A DNA stretch of 64,000 nt. Origin: Seison nebaliae. Lineage: Eukaryota. The notes under the pieces were generated by a model, which was not told the origin of the DNA, did not search any database, and saw only the letters and a list, made by a program, of their open reading frames with translations. The stretch is taken from NCBI GenBank assembly GCA_023231475.1, contig JALJEE010001281.1:1-64000 (forward strand). Direction: 5' to 3'. Position 1 is the first letter of the stretch. Each line of letters starts with the position of its first letter. Below, one piece after another: positions 49,320 through 63,427 of the stretch. The translations under genes were made by a program, and so were the position numbers.

Positions 49320-52300
49320 AAGCATAATTGTATGCTCTTCACACAATCGTTTTGAAAGAACCATTTTTCGAGGAACATATTCCTTATTAACGAATAAGGA
49401 GTAAATATAATTCGCTAATTAATTCATATAATCGACCAATATATTATAGAAAGAAAAACAATCGGATATACTTTCCACTCACAGTTGTTTATGCAGAGTC
49501 TGTGCACAAAACAAATCAGACACTAATCATTCCGTGCTCTCATTATTTCCCAAACAAACACACACACATACACCATTCATTCAACTAATTTCTTTATGTT
49601 ATTTATTATTAGAAAATCGATGGTTAACATTCTTTGGGAGTTGAAGGTGAAAGTTGCAATGACACTTTACTGGTTTCTCCGTTTAGAAGTTGTTGGAGGA
49701 GAAAATGAAAAGAAGGAAAAAAGAAAGAATACAGGAATTAGAGACAGAATTACATCGATTATCCCTATTATTTTATAAGATGTACCATTACATTTTCATC
49801 TCATTCTTTGACACTTGCCCCACTGCACAATACTTTTCCTTATTCTCTTTCTTTTTCATTTCAAATATTGATTCATTCAGTAATGTTTTTAGGAAATCAA
49901 CTCGAGTTTGCATAAAACATAATGCATATCACATTACACTTTTGTTCATGCTGCAATCTCGCTCAATGTTTACTAATAATCTACTCATTTTTTCTACTTT
50001 TCTTCTTCTTCTTCCAACTCTACTCACATTTCTACTCGAGACGAGAAATACTTTTCCACGTCATCCAACCTCAATATATGAGCAGAAAAAAACCATCAAA
50101 AGGTCCATGAGATTGTTTAACGACGTGTTTAATAGAAGAAACTTCATCGATAACAGTTATATAATAATTGAATTAATTTCAATTTGGAAAAAGTTGAAGG
50201 AATAAGAAGAAAGAATAAACTATCGAAGTTGATTGAATGATTCCACTGGTTGATTTGATGTTTAGGATTTTGTTGGATAAATTGAAATATTCTTTTGGCG
50301 GTATGATTAATGATAACATAGGAATGAAATATATTTCTTCCTGTTGTTGACATCATTGGAAGGAATATTGGAAATAAAAGAAAATGTTAATTAGAAATGT
50401 TCGATATTTTTAAGAAAGAATTCTATTCATGTCGTGAATTGAAGCAGAAGAATGAAGCGATTGACTAATGAACAATTAAATTAATCAATATTCTTTTACA
50501 ATCGCATGTTATCTAACAATCGAAAATATGGGCAACTGTCTATCATTTTTATGTTCATACACTTTTGCCAACTTTATGAATTATTTTATGTTCGTCACAT
50601 TATTTACGAGGAGATCTCCTTTCCCGTCGACTGTATATGGAGGGGTTTATGGTGGACCTTTTATTTCCATGAGGGAAAACCACTAACTGAGAATATTGAG
50701 AGAGATGGATTTGATAAATGAGAAAGAATTGAATGTTCCACGTTCAAACAATGGAAGAATAAGGAGGAATGACAATTCGTTCTTCTTTTAAAAAGGAGAA
50801 AGAAAGAAATAGGATTAATAAAACTGGTTACACAATTCCAATAGCTACAACTAGAAAATGGGACTATATCTATCCATAAATTCGTTAAAATGGAAATGCA
50901 CATTGTACTCTCCACACAAGACGCATTTCTTCATATTCATTTGTATTCATATAATCACATAATTCATGCTTAACTCAAATATTGTACGTTAATGTTAGAG
51001 CAATATTAGCTAAACCAGACCAATAAGACGAACAGCACATACATGTCAGTATGCGACAAGTATTCGGGGGGAGAAGATGCACAACAATAAGAACAAATTC
51101 GGGTGAAGGTTCCTTCCTCTTCTGTCCTTCTCTGATACGAATATAAACTAAATGTTGCATATCTATTATATCGTCCATTCAATCTAATAATCTTCTTTTC
51201 CTCATATTCTCCTCCATAATTGTCCAAATTGTTCTAATATGAAGTCAATCCTTAATCTCTACAAAAAATAATCGATCAGAAACTTGATGACCTAGTAGTC
51301 GCTATAACATTCACTTCTCCTTCTCCTCCTCCTCCTCCTGACAACCATTTCTCATCTTTATCCGTGCTCTTCTCGTGACCACATTCAATGTACCCAAATA
51401 TTTCACACCTACTTCATCCAAATATTCCATTCGAACTATATTCGTCTAACCAACACCAATTCCATCTGATATTTGTTCTCACATCGTTTATTCAATAACA
51501 ACCTTCACACTAACCACCTTCGACTACTTCGTTCTTTTAGAGATTTAATCCTAGTTGAAAAAAATGAGGTTATATCTCTAAATGTATCCCTTAATAATTA
51601 AGAAACTTGTTGAAAATCCAAACAATATACGAATGTATAACGAACTTCTCTTAAAATTTCTGATATCTGATCTGCCTTCTGGTATATACCAGTCACTAAA
51701 AGAATAAGTTGGAAGGGGAAGAAAAGAAAAATTTTGAAATCGGAAAACAAATCGATAATATGAAGATCGATAGTGACAGGAATTGGTAATTGAAGAGGTA
51801 GATAGTATTTGTGGAAGAAAGAAATCAGAAAGATTGATAATTATGAATAATCAATGATTGTCATTCTGACACTTGATATGATGTTAAAATGTAATTGAAC
51901 ATGCAAATTCCTTTACCTGATACTCGTTACTTACCAACTGTTCGCAGATAAGTGTGCATGAAAGTGTGGATGGAAAAGAGAATCGAACATATCAGACATG
52001 TGAGACAAGAGTCAGCTGGAACGTACGAATGGAATGGAATGGATGTCAAACTATTAATCACTTCAATTACACACAGTATGCAATTTCTCGTTTATATTAA
52101 ACTAATTTATTATCTTATCTAAACATCCGTCCAACACTTCCATTACGACATGGCTAATAATATATATCTTGATGGAATAGAAATCATGCGCCCTCCCATC
52201 AACATCTCTTACATTTTATTCACACAAATAATTTTCATTTCAACAACGACAAACAAGAGAAGTTTTTTTTGAAGCAAAATGTCGAAATATGCAAATCTAT

Positions 52301-54042
52301 CAACTTCTCAAAAGAGAAAATTTCTTGTTAAGATATCGTCATGTGTTTACATGACATTCCGCCATAAATTGATGTAAAATTATTATTTGATTTTCTTTCC
52401 TTTTAATTATTCTGGGAAGAATGTATAAAAAAATCGAAGGCTCCACCCTCCCCTAATTCTACACAGACTTGTTAGAGTCGAAAACTAATTTTGTTTCTCA
52501 TGGAAATTCCTTCTTGCAACAAAACATCACAAAAAGAAAAATTTCAAGAAGAGTTTCAAATATTTCCCACCTCAATTTTTGTTTTTTGATGAATTATTTA
52601 AGGATGTTTATTTTCGTTCGTGTACATTGGAAGAATGACGATTAATCAATCATTCGTTTAGCAATCGATTTGGACAGAAGAGAAAAAGTTATTTCTTCTT
52701 CTAAATAATTCATTTCCTTTTCATCTTCTCTAAAAGAAGTTGGAGTTTTGAGAGAGAAGTAGAAGATTAGAGTGAATTGAAATAATTTCAATGGAGATGC
52801 CGAGTGCTTCTTGCAAGAGATAAGATTTCACTCTCAAATTAGCATGACAGAATAGAATCAATCATCCAAAATAATAAGACAATGATAATATTCTCTTCCC
52901 ATCTTTTCTGGGAAGGTTTTGTTTTTAAATATTGAAAGGGAGAAGAAACATTGAGAATCGTTCTCTCATTTATGTTTATTGCATAAATTTATTTATAATC
53001 CATTTGCATATCTCCAATTATTTCTTTCATATTTTCCCCACCCTACATATCGATAAGAATAAATGAAACAGAAAAAATTTATTCATAATACTACGTATTG
53101 TGAGTGATCGCCTGTAGGACGGAACAAATATACTTTTATTTATTTCAGTTCTTCACATTATTATCGAATATTGATATTCATATTATCCTCATATTATCCA
53201 CATCATACACTTTCTATAATTTCTACCTAACAATCTCATCAACAAATCTTCCTGTTTATTATTCAAATTTAACGAATCCCTAAGGTCATCCATTACACTT
53301 ATGTCGGGATAATTTGCAAAATAATAACTCTCCTTGCCTCAATCGACAATTAGATCTAACAATTTTATTAATCGTTCTAACTACGCAATTTAGTGGAAAG
53401 AAACTTCCTTCTCTTATTTTAAACATTTGTTAATGTAATCTCTCTTAATTCCATAATAATAAGTTAGGTCTTCCCACTTGTTTACAAGAGTTGGACATAT
53501 TCTATACAATTCCATAATCCACATTTTCAACGGGAAATCCGATTAAAATAAATTTCACATGAAAAGTATTTTCAAATTCAAAAATTTTTCATTTTCAGTT
53601 TCGTCCTTTCGTCTTTCAGAAATTAGATAAAATAAAATTTCCATTATTGATTTTTGTAATTTTGATGGAATTTAATTTAAATATAAATAAAAAATCTTCT
53701 TCATTCTCATTTGTTTCATTTGTTCTGATATTGTACGAATAATATTCGTTTCTCTTAATATTCAAAGTCGACCAGATAAGATGAGCAAGACGAATAATTC
53801 AATAAAATGAGAGAAAAAAATTGAATGATAACTAAAATGGTCCAAAGTCGCCACACAAATCATCAGATGAATAAATTGGTGAAAAATTTTAATTTCGATG
53901 AATAAGAAGTTACAAGATAAACAAATATTTTTATGATAAGCAAATAATGAGTTTAAATATGATTATTCTGTCGCATTTATCTTTCACTAAACGGATCGGT
54001 TACAAACAAATAGAAGTCAGTAATTAATTAGAAGAAGTAAGA

Positions 54043-55410
54043 ATGTCTAATCCTCGACCATCAATTGATAATTTACCATCGAATGCTCCGCCTCTCCGAT
54101 TATGCATAATACGAGTGAAGAGTGTCAAAGAGGATTTCGGATTTTATTTGTCAACAGATGCCGATTGCATATTGCAAGTAGTGGATCGTGTAACTGCCAG
54201 TTCGGCAGCCGAACAAGGTGGTCTAAAGAAACACGATTTAGTGCTGAAAGTGAACGGAACGAAAGTTGTTGGTATGACACACGCAGGAATCGTAAAATTG
54301 ATTAAAGAGGCTTATGAAGGAAAGAATAAGAAACATCCGAAGGTCGTTAAACTTTTAGTTGCATCACCATCAGTCGTTAATTGGTATCGTGATTATGGGT
54401 TCGATTTACTCCAAGGACATTTAGCTTCCACCAGATTAAGTGTAGAAATTGAGAAGAATATGTTGAAAAGACAACAAGATCCTTTAAAAGAATATCCAGA
54501 AGATGGAGAACATGAAGCATTAGAAATTAATGAGGATCAACTAGTTCGTCAAAGTCACGACGAATCGGATGACGAACAAGATTTAGAAGATGGGACGGAG
54601 GAACAACCAAAATCTAAACAGATAACAAATAAGGAAATGGAGAGGATAATTCAAAATGATCCCGAAGTAATTAATATGGATCGAGTAATTACGAAAACGC
54701 CATCGCAAACTGCAGAGACTGTTAACCACCCGAAAATAATTGAAGAGTCGAATCGAAATGAAGAAACGGAAAAAGATGAATCTTCCCAATTAGATAATGG
54801 AAACGTGAAACATGAACAGGTTGAAATTGTTCAAGATATTCGGAAAGATGATAATCGAGAAATTTGTATAAAACCAAGGAAATCGGATGAATTGACGGAG
54901 AATGAAAAAAAGGACGAGGAAGAAATCGATGGAAAAGTTACAACAAAAATTTCAGTTTCTTCTTCTTCATCGTCAGTAAAGAAGGAACAAGAGATTCAAG
55001 ATATCGTTATAACTAAAACGGAATCATCTTCGACGAAGACGACAATGGTACGAGAGAACGTTGTGGTGAATCATCCTGAAATTGATTTACCGTTTAACCG
55101 ACTTGAAGTTCAGGAAAAGAGAATGTTTAGAAATGAGAAGAATGAACAAATTGAGGGAAGTAACCCGATAAGACATTTGGCATCCGAATGTTCTTATCCG
55201 ACAGGAAATAATTCGTATGTTCGACCTCTCACACAAACCAGTGTCGATCATACGATGTTGCCTCAAATGGATCGATATAAGTTGTGTGATACTCCAGAAG
55301 AAGCAAGAAAGATAATTAGCAATTATAAGATGAATAAGACGAAGTCGATTGACCAAGCTGTAAAGAAGTCGTTCGGAGACAAAATTTTAATATTTAAAAA
55401 TCTCCAATGA
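54043..55410 (+). CDS. NHERF/EBP50-like scaffold: single PDZ domain plus C-terminal ERM-binding-like motif, 455 aa, intronless
   Basis: PLRLCII...DFGFYL...VDRVTASSAAEQGGLKKHDLVLKVNG...HAGIVKLIK is a NHERF-type PDZ. C-terminus SFGDKILIFKNLQ resembles NHERF1 DWSKKNELFSNL. Confidence 0.78.
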   Translation: MSNPRPSIDNLPSNAPPLRLCIIRVKSVKEDFGFYLSTDADCILQVVDRVTASSAAEQGGLKKHDLVLKVNGTKVVGMTHAGIVKLIKEAYEGKNKKHPKVVKLLVASPSVVNWYRDYGFDLLQGHLASTRLSVEIEKNMLKRQQDPLKEYPEDGEHEALEINEDQLVRQSHDESDDEQDLEDGTEEQPKSKQITNKEMERIIQNDPEVINMDRVITKTPSQTAETVNHPKIIEESNRNEETEKDESSQLDNGNVKHEQVEIVQDIRKDDNREICIKPRKSDELTENEKKDEEEIDGKVTTKISVSSSSSSVKKEQEIQDIVITKTESSSTKTTMVRENVVVNHPEIDLPFNRLEVQEKRMFRNEKNEQIEGSNPIRHLASECSYPTGNNSYVRPLTQTSVDHTMLPQMDRYKLCDTPEEARKIISNYKMNKTKSIDQAVKKSFGDKILIFKNLQ

Positions 55411-56730
55411 CATTCGTCAGAGAAACATATTTGAGTTGAATTATTCTATTTAAGTTCTTCTTTCAATTATTTCTTTTGATTCATCTTTTGAAATTTCTTA
55501 AAAAAAAATCATCTTTAAAATTCTCCTTCAGAACAAACAATAAACTTTAACATTTTTGACTTTTTACTTTTTTAACATCACATCTGACATGAATAATAAT
55601 GAAAATGAATTGAATGGAATTACTGAATTTGATATCTTTCAATATCGGATGAGTAAAAGGACAGAAAGGACGGTTTTAGTACGGAAAGAATGAATGAAGG
55701 ATAATGTTCGGTGTTTAACGTTCGTGGTGGAAGTGCTAGTGGATGTTGAATAAAGAAAGGAAATCTGAAAATGTGATGTTAGTGAGAGATATGTGTTCTT
55801 CCTTAGTCAATCACCTTGTTCAATGTGCGTGACAGTTAGGCAAAGTGTAGAAGTTGACTGCATAGCTGCACGGGAAGAATAAAGAGATCTCCATCAATTG
55901 TCGAAACGAATGAAGCGTTACATAGAGAGTCAAGAGAGTTAGCGCACACGTTCACTAGAGGAATGTGAAGAGTTGATTGTGAAAGAGAAGAAAACTGATC
56001 TCCTCATTCAATCAATCAGAGCGTAACAAAAATAACAGCGCGAAAACTTGTCGTCTTCTCTTTTAAAAAGTTCTTCCTATTTAACTAACAATATTATCTT
56101 TATTTACTATAAAAATCATAACAATATATCCCTAAACAATAACAGTCGAAATTGAAATAATCTGATAGTTCGTTCTAATGGATCGGACATGTGGAGGGAG
56201 ATAATCAAGACGAATATCTGCGCGAAAACAACTGTCTAAAATAATTCTCTCTTCTCTTCTTCTCGAAAAGGTAAGTCAGAATATTAAGAAGAAGTCTTAT
56301 TAGACTAACCCTTATCATCGTTGACTATCGATATATATCGGATATCATTACACAACCTCAATCTATTGTAGCTCGAATTGGCTTTCGTTAAGTATTGTCA
56401 ACTTATTCTTATTGAATGCGAGAGTGGTAGTTGAATGTCGATGAGAAGTAGACGATTCATTTGAAAGTATCAGAAGAAGAAATATCATCAACAATCATAA
56501 CTCATCAATTAATTCTCGAAAATCTGAAAAGAATTGCGAAGATCGTTCGAGAATTCGATCGATAATTTCATTTTCAATATCTAATCAATTTCTCAATAAA
56601 ATTACGATAATTTCAAAGATTTTCATTTAATCACTCAACACTGATAATTTTCTAGTGTTGTATTTCAGTTGAACATCTCTCACATCATCCGATTAATGTG
56701 TCAATCCGTTTGATTTGCATAATAATAATT

Positions 56731-59700
56731 ATGATGACGAATATATTAAATGGAATCAAATTCCATAATATAGTTCTATTAATTTCCATCATTTTCCTCA
56801 TGACATCAATGAGTGAACGATTATGGCCAGCCATTTATCATCCAGCGGATCGTCCTTATGACAAACTGTTATTGAATGAAAATCCACTCCAATACTTCGA
56901 TTTGGGTCAATCATTTCATCATTACGCCAATTCATCCCGACGACCAAAACGATCGATGGAAGAACAATATAAATGTAAAGGAAGAAGTTGTTATCCGGCG
57001 ACTGGCGACTTATTGATTGGACGTGAAAAGAATATCATTGCAAGTTCGACTTGTGGCGATGATGGTCCGGAAAGTTATTGTACTGTTCATTCGTTGAGAG
57101 AATCGAATGAAACATGTAAAACGTGTAAAGAAGGCGATCATGCTGTAAAGAATTTAGTTTCCGTTTTGACCGATGATACTGATGCAACAATGAATCGTGA
57201 TCCCGTGTCAGATTGGTGGCAATCAGGAAATGATGTTGAACAAGTGAATATAACGATAGATTTTCAAGCGATGTTTCATGTGACTCATATTATCATCATA
57301 TTTCGCACTTTTCGTCCTGCTGCTATGTTCATCGAAAAGTCACGTGATCATGGTAAGAGTTGGGAGAAGATGAGATATTATGCTGATGATTGTCATCGTC
57401 GATATCCTCATATACGTGAAGGTACTCCCAGATATATTGGAGAAGTTGTATGTGATTCCAGATATTCCAATATCGATCCATCAACTCGTGGTGAATTGAT
57501 TTATCGGGCACTTCCTCCCAATCTAATTCATAATCTTCCAATCGGTCAGAAAACTGGTAGACAGAAATTGAATGATGTGTTAACGGCCTCACAAATCCGT
57601 TTACGATTCGAAAATCTTCATACATTGGGGGATAATCTTCTACAAAGTGGTCGACGGAATTCAAGATCGAAATATTATTACGCAATTTATGAAATGGTCG
57701 TGCGAGGTAGTTGTACTTGTTTCGGTCATGCGGCTCATTGTCGCGGAGAGAATGTGGATGAACCAATACCAGGAATGGTGTACGGGAAATGTGCTTGTTC
57801 ACATAATACAACGGGACCTAATTGTCAGCAATGTATCAACGGTTATCACAAACTACAATGGAGACCTGCATCTCAATATTCTCCGTTTATTTGTGAAAAA
57901 TGTCAATGTAACAATCATACAGCTAATTGTCATTTCGACGAACAATTATTTGCTCGTAGTCGAAATGTTGATGGAGGACATTGTGATAATTGTAAGGATA
58001 ATACGGAAGGAGTGCATTGTCAATCATGCAAAAACGGTTTCTTTCATGATCCATCACTCTCAATCTTCCATAAAAATTCATGTCAAAGTTCACCTTTTCT
58101 TTTCCTTAATTAGTCTCATATTTAATTTCTTAATTGTCATATTTTATTTCTTAGAATGTCAATGTGATCCGAGAGGTTCAATTCGTGGGAGATATTGTGC
58201 GGCTGAAGAAGATAAAGAGAATAACATAGAAGCAGGAAAATGTTTTTGTAATCGATTCGTCTCAGGAAAGAATTGTGACGAATGTATGGACGGATATTAC
58301 AATTTGAGTCGCGAACACGAATACAGTTGTTTACAATGTCAATGTAACCGATTGGGTACGGTCGATCAGATCTGTGACAAGAATTTCGGTCGTTGTCTCT
58401 GCAACACGAATGTCACAGGTGAATTGTGTGACCAATGTAAAGTTGGAATATTCATATAAATTCTCTTCATTCAATAATTTCCTCTAGAAAAATTTCTATT
58501 CATTAGAATCAGGATGTAAACCATGTGAATGTGATGTAGATGGTTCGACGAGTGCTGAATGTGATTCGGTTACTGGTCAATGTATATGTAAACCGTTCAT
58601 GAGCGGAAGACAATGTAATGTCCCATTACCAGGATATTATTGTCCGTATGCTGATGTCATCACGCACAATTCTTTATTAGCGAAACATATGGGAGTTCGT
58701 TCTCTTTAAACAAACTAATCGATATTGATATTTTCTTCTTTCTCAGAATGTGAAAACAGACGAACAGAATTTCATATTCGAATCGTACAAATCACGAATG
58801 AGTAATCGCGGTTATCAACTAGTTTATGGTCAATCGGAATTGATATTCAATATCGATAATATCCCAAAAAGTGGTTTCTATCGATTAGCGATTCGATATC
58901 GGATTAATGTTAGTTCGTCATTAAAACAGGAATTATTGATGGGAATTTCTTTAATCAATTTTTAGTCGAGAAAAAATTGGGAGAATATTAAAATCAGAAT
59001 TATTCGGCCTAATTCCAGAGAACCGACTCCATGTAATCACGTGAAGAAGAATGAAGATAAATGGAAAATAAATTTGTCGAACGGTTTCCTTCTTAATCAT
59101 TCATTGCAGTATCATTTTCATATCATTTTTTAAAGAAAATTATTATGTTTTGATGGAGAACGAAGTATGTTTCATTACCAAACAATCGTATCAGGTATCT
59201 CTCGAATTTCCCGAAGTGGAAGATGATGATTCGGAATATCATCAATCCACTGCCATTATAGATTCAGTTAGACATATTTCTCTATCTATCTCTCATACTT
59301 TTTTGATTTATGTAACTATTTTCAGTTGCTCGTTTTGCCCAGTGAGAGGAGTGCCACACTATTCAGAACACAACCGCAATTATTCGAAACGTTTAATGAA
59401 CTGAAATGTATGGAACATTTTGCCGATCCTCTACGAACGACTGTACCACAGAAATGTCTGAGATTTGTTTGTAGTCTCTATTTTACGATGTACGAACATC
59501 CATTAAGTTTCCTTCATCTCTCAATCTCTACTCTCAATTAATCATTTATATGATCTTTCCAGAATGCAATTGCCATCCACAAGGTTCACATACGATGGAA
59601 TGTGATCCGTATGGCGGCCAGTGTCATTGTAAAGATAATATTGGCGAAAGAGATTGTCGTATGTGTGTCTATGGATACTTCAATTTTTCACCATATGGAT

Positions 59701-62700
59701 GTCAAGGTTAGTGAGAGATTAATCATATTCGTCTTCATTTATTATTCGATTTTGAATAGCTTGCAATTGTCATGCTTCTGGTTCGTTATCGAAGCAATGT
59801 AATCCACATACGGGCAAGTGTAGTTGCGGACGTGATATTGAAGGTGACAAATGTAAAAAGTGTCGAAAAGGAACATGGGGATTTCCTTCATGTCGTGCAT
59901 GTATGTGCAACGGACATGCATTAGAATGTAGCGAGGAGAATGGTGAATGTACCAATTGTGATGGTAACACGAAAGGGAAACATTGTGAATTTTGTATCGA
60001 TAATCATTTCGGTGCACCTACCAGTGGGAGTAATTGTGAGACATGTATGTGTCCGGGTGCACCGGAATCTGGTAGATATTATGCATTCGGTTGTCAATTG
60101 GATTTACATCATCGACGAGCTATTTGTAATTGTTTGCCCGGTTATCGTGGAGATCGTTGTCAAGTTAATTTCACTAATTCATTTCAATTACTCTCATTTC
60201 AACATTTCCATTTGAAGGACTGTGATGTGGCACATTATCGAGATAAAAACATTTGTCGTCGATGTGAATGTAATAACAATATCGATCCGATATCAGAGAG
60301 TGCTTGTGATTCTACAACTGGAACTTGTCTCGCTTGTCTTTATCATACCGCCGGTGTTCAATGTGAACGATGTGAACGAGGCTATTTCGGTTCGGCCATC
60401 GAAAGAACCTGCACCGAATGTAGTTGTTCAGCTGCGGGAACAGTTAATCGAGATCCATTGAATTGTGATCATAATACAGGACAATGTGAATGTATGGTTA
60501 ATGTGAAGGGACGACAATGTGATCGTTGTGAAATGGGATATTATGGAATTTATAGTTTCGAAGGATGTAAAGCTTGTGAATGTGATCCGGTAGGTTCGGT
60601 TGATGAAAATTGTGATTCCGTTAGTCATTTTATTTCCTCTTCCTTTCATTTTCATATTCTCTATCAGATCACAGGACAATGTCGTTGTCGAGAAGGTTAT
60701 GGTGGAGACAAGTGTAATGAGTGTCCTGAAATTCATTATGGCACAGCTCCGAATTGTCAATTATGTAATTGTCATCCTGATGGTTCTCTCCATCAAAGGT
60801 TTCTTCATTTCACTATCATTCTCTTCCAATCATCTCTATTCGTCAGTTGTGATAAGAATACTGGTGAATGTAAATGTCGAGAAGGTGTGGCTGGTTATCG
60901 TTGTGATCGATGTGATCGTGGAACTACCGGCGATCTACCATATTGTTCTCCATGTGGCGAATGTTTCGATCAATGGGATAAAAAAATTAAAATTTTACAA
61001 CGTTACTGCATTCTAATAGAATTGTTCTAATAGAATTATTTTAATCATTTTTTCTTATAGGAAACGTGAATGAATTAGATGAAAAAACTTCATCAAAAGA
61101 ATTACCCGAATCTTCTCCATTCGCACTCAAATTGAATGCATTGAAGAAGGATTTGGAAAGAGTGAAATTTTGGGAGAATACAGTAAATTTTTCTATTAGC
61201 GATGCAACCAAACGATTTGATGGTTTGAACAAGACTTACACAGCTTTAAAAGAGGAAGCAGACGAATATTTATATGAAAAGAATGGAATAAGGAAAGAAC
61301 TGGAGAAATTGAGTGAGAAGGTGGATAATGATATTACGAATAAATTCAATGAGGAACATGTGGATGATATTAAGAAGGATGTACGATATATTTCATATAC
61401 GAATTATCATAAATCGAGTGAAATCGCCATGAATCTGCGTCGGGGAATTGAAGAGAAACGATTGAAAACATTAGAAGTTGCAAAGAAGTCGCACGACCTC
61501 TCCGAACATTATGGGAAGGATATAGCACTGAAAACTGTCGATTATTCTCAACAATTCGATCGTTTAGAACAGAATATTGCATCGAAATCAAACAAGACAA
61601 TTGGAACGAAAAATGAATTGATCAATTTGAGTAATAAAGTTCGAATTTATTTCTAACAAATTTTCATTTCTCAAATTTCCCAAAAACAGATTTGTTCCAG
61701 TAACGAAACTCAATATGATTGTGAGACGATTACGTCGAATTGTGGGAGTTTATCCTGCTCATCCAGTTGTTCTCTCAGTCAATGTGAGGGAGGATTACCG
61801 AGTTACATATCTCGACTCAAATCCTTCAAAAATATGAACGAAGATTTATTGGAAGATTTGGAGAAGAAGTTGACTGAAGAACAACAATCCAATATCGATT
61901 GTCGACGACCATTAGATGATATTAAATACAAAAATGACGTTTCATTAAACCATTTGAATGATATTGATGGAAAGATCGAGAATCTTCTCAATCTCACATC
62001 ATCGATAAAAGACAAAGTGGAAAAAGTGAAAGAAGAGAATGTGCAAACGTCCCGACCAACCATTGACAAGATCTCCATGATTCTTACCAAAAATTTCAAT
62101 CAGCCAATTGAGAACGTGAAGAAAATGAAAGAGAAGATTGGTGAGGATTCAGCTAAAGCAACCGTATCCAATACGATGGAAGACACGAGATATAAAATGT
62201 ATCTCGCCAAATACAACAACGACAAAGGAGAAGAATATTTGTTCGTCTTTTTTCTTCCTCACACACTTTCATTCAATCCTCTAGAAATAAAGTTGTTAAT
62301 AACAAAGAGAAATTGAATAATATCAGTGAAACGACGGAAGAAATTAGAGAAGAATTCGACGAACAGAAAGAACACGTCTCGGCTGTTCTAGGGAAAGTGT
62401 CGAATGATGAGCAATCGACAAATGTTTCCTTTTCTTGTTTTTAACGAAAAATTTCAAATATTTCCTTCTCATTAAGATTCGAGAAATGATATTAAATCAT
62501 CAACAAGAATCGGCTTCTCTCACTCGCAAAGTCGAAGATTTGAAACGGAAAGTCACCCTACTGAAAAGAGATAAAGGAATCATCGCGAAGAATACCGTTA
62601 CTTCTCAATCATCCATGGACAACACAGGAAAAGTAACGGAACAACTAAATAATGTTCATATTTCATTTAAACATTTCTCATTATAATTCTTTCCAATTTA

Positions 62701-63085
62701 GGATATGGAAGAAACGGAAGAAAATTTGAGTAAAACGTTTGGATTGTTTGGAGAGAAGAGAAGAGACGTTCAACCGATTCGAACGAAAATTAATTTGTTA
62801 AGGAAAAATTTCGTTCGAGTTAAAGAGAATTACGAGAGTTGGCTACAGAAAATTACGGGTTAGTTTCCATAAAAAACTTCTATATGAAAAAAATGTTTAA
62901 ACAAATTTTAAAAAAATCTTCTAAATTCAATTTGTCAATTTGCAGATTATAAGAAGAATTTCCATGAAAATTCCAAACATATGGAACGGAATAAAGTGAA
63001 TTATCAGAATTTAATTGATCGAGCAAAGAATGCGAATGAGATCATCTCAAGTAAACTACTTCGAACGGAATGTGAAGCTAAATGA
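56731..63085 (+). CDS. LAMB1: Laminin subunit beta, about 1806 aa, 18 exons
   Basis: LN domain (SCYPATGDLLIGR; FRTFRPAAMFIEKS; KYYYAIYEMVVRGSCTCFGHA), LE repeats, domain IV (IIDSLLVLP), CSPCGECFDQWD, Cys-rich knob within the coiled coil, C-terminal Cys (TECEAK*). Introns: 58088-58154, 58442-58487, 58695-58746, 58909-58965, 59084-59135, 59267-59325, 59507-59562, 59707-59759, 60164-60217, 60620-60667, 60799-60846, 61002-61060, 61639-61689, 62241-62284, 62424-62476, 62654-62701, 62859-62945. Spliced length 5421 nt, in frame. Confidence 0.95.
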
Positions 63086-63427
63086 GAAATGGGAGGAATC
63101 TTTGAATATTTCTGTAAATAAAACGTTTTTCCAACCTGTCCACAATCCAACCAACTTATTTAACTGTGACGATGAATTGAAAGATATTTATGAATCAGTC
63201 GATTAAACGATTCCGAGTGATTGAGTCAATTTCATTTCAATTCACAAATTAACAAATATGAAAACCTAAAATTTCTTCCATTTCAGGAAAAGATTTTATA
63301 TCAACTTCTCTCCCCCTCTCTTTCTCTCTCTCTATCTCCAAAACAATCCAATTCTCTGAGATGAAATCAAATAAACAATTGGTGAGAATTTGAAATGAAC
63401 AAAAAGCATTTATTAGAAATGATAATA

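Noticed and set aside
48800..54000. Short ORFs (e.g. 49690-50205) in the ELKS-NHERF interval as genes
   Set aside because: F/I/L/S-rich compositions typical of random AT-rich DNA, with no motifs or splice-consistent structure. Probably regulatory or UTR sequence.
57329..61016. Overlapping alternative-frame and antisense ORFs within laminin and other genes
   Set aside because: Shadow ORFs of Cys-rich or repetitive coding sequence; the true frame is explained by the spliced model.
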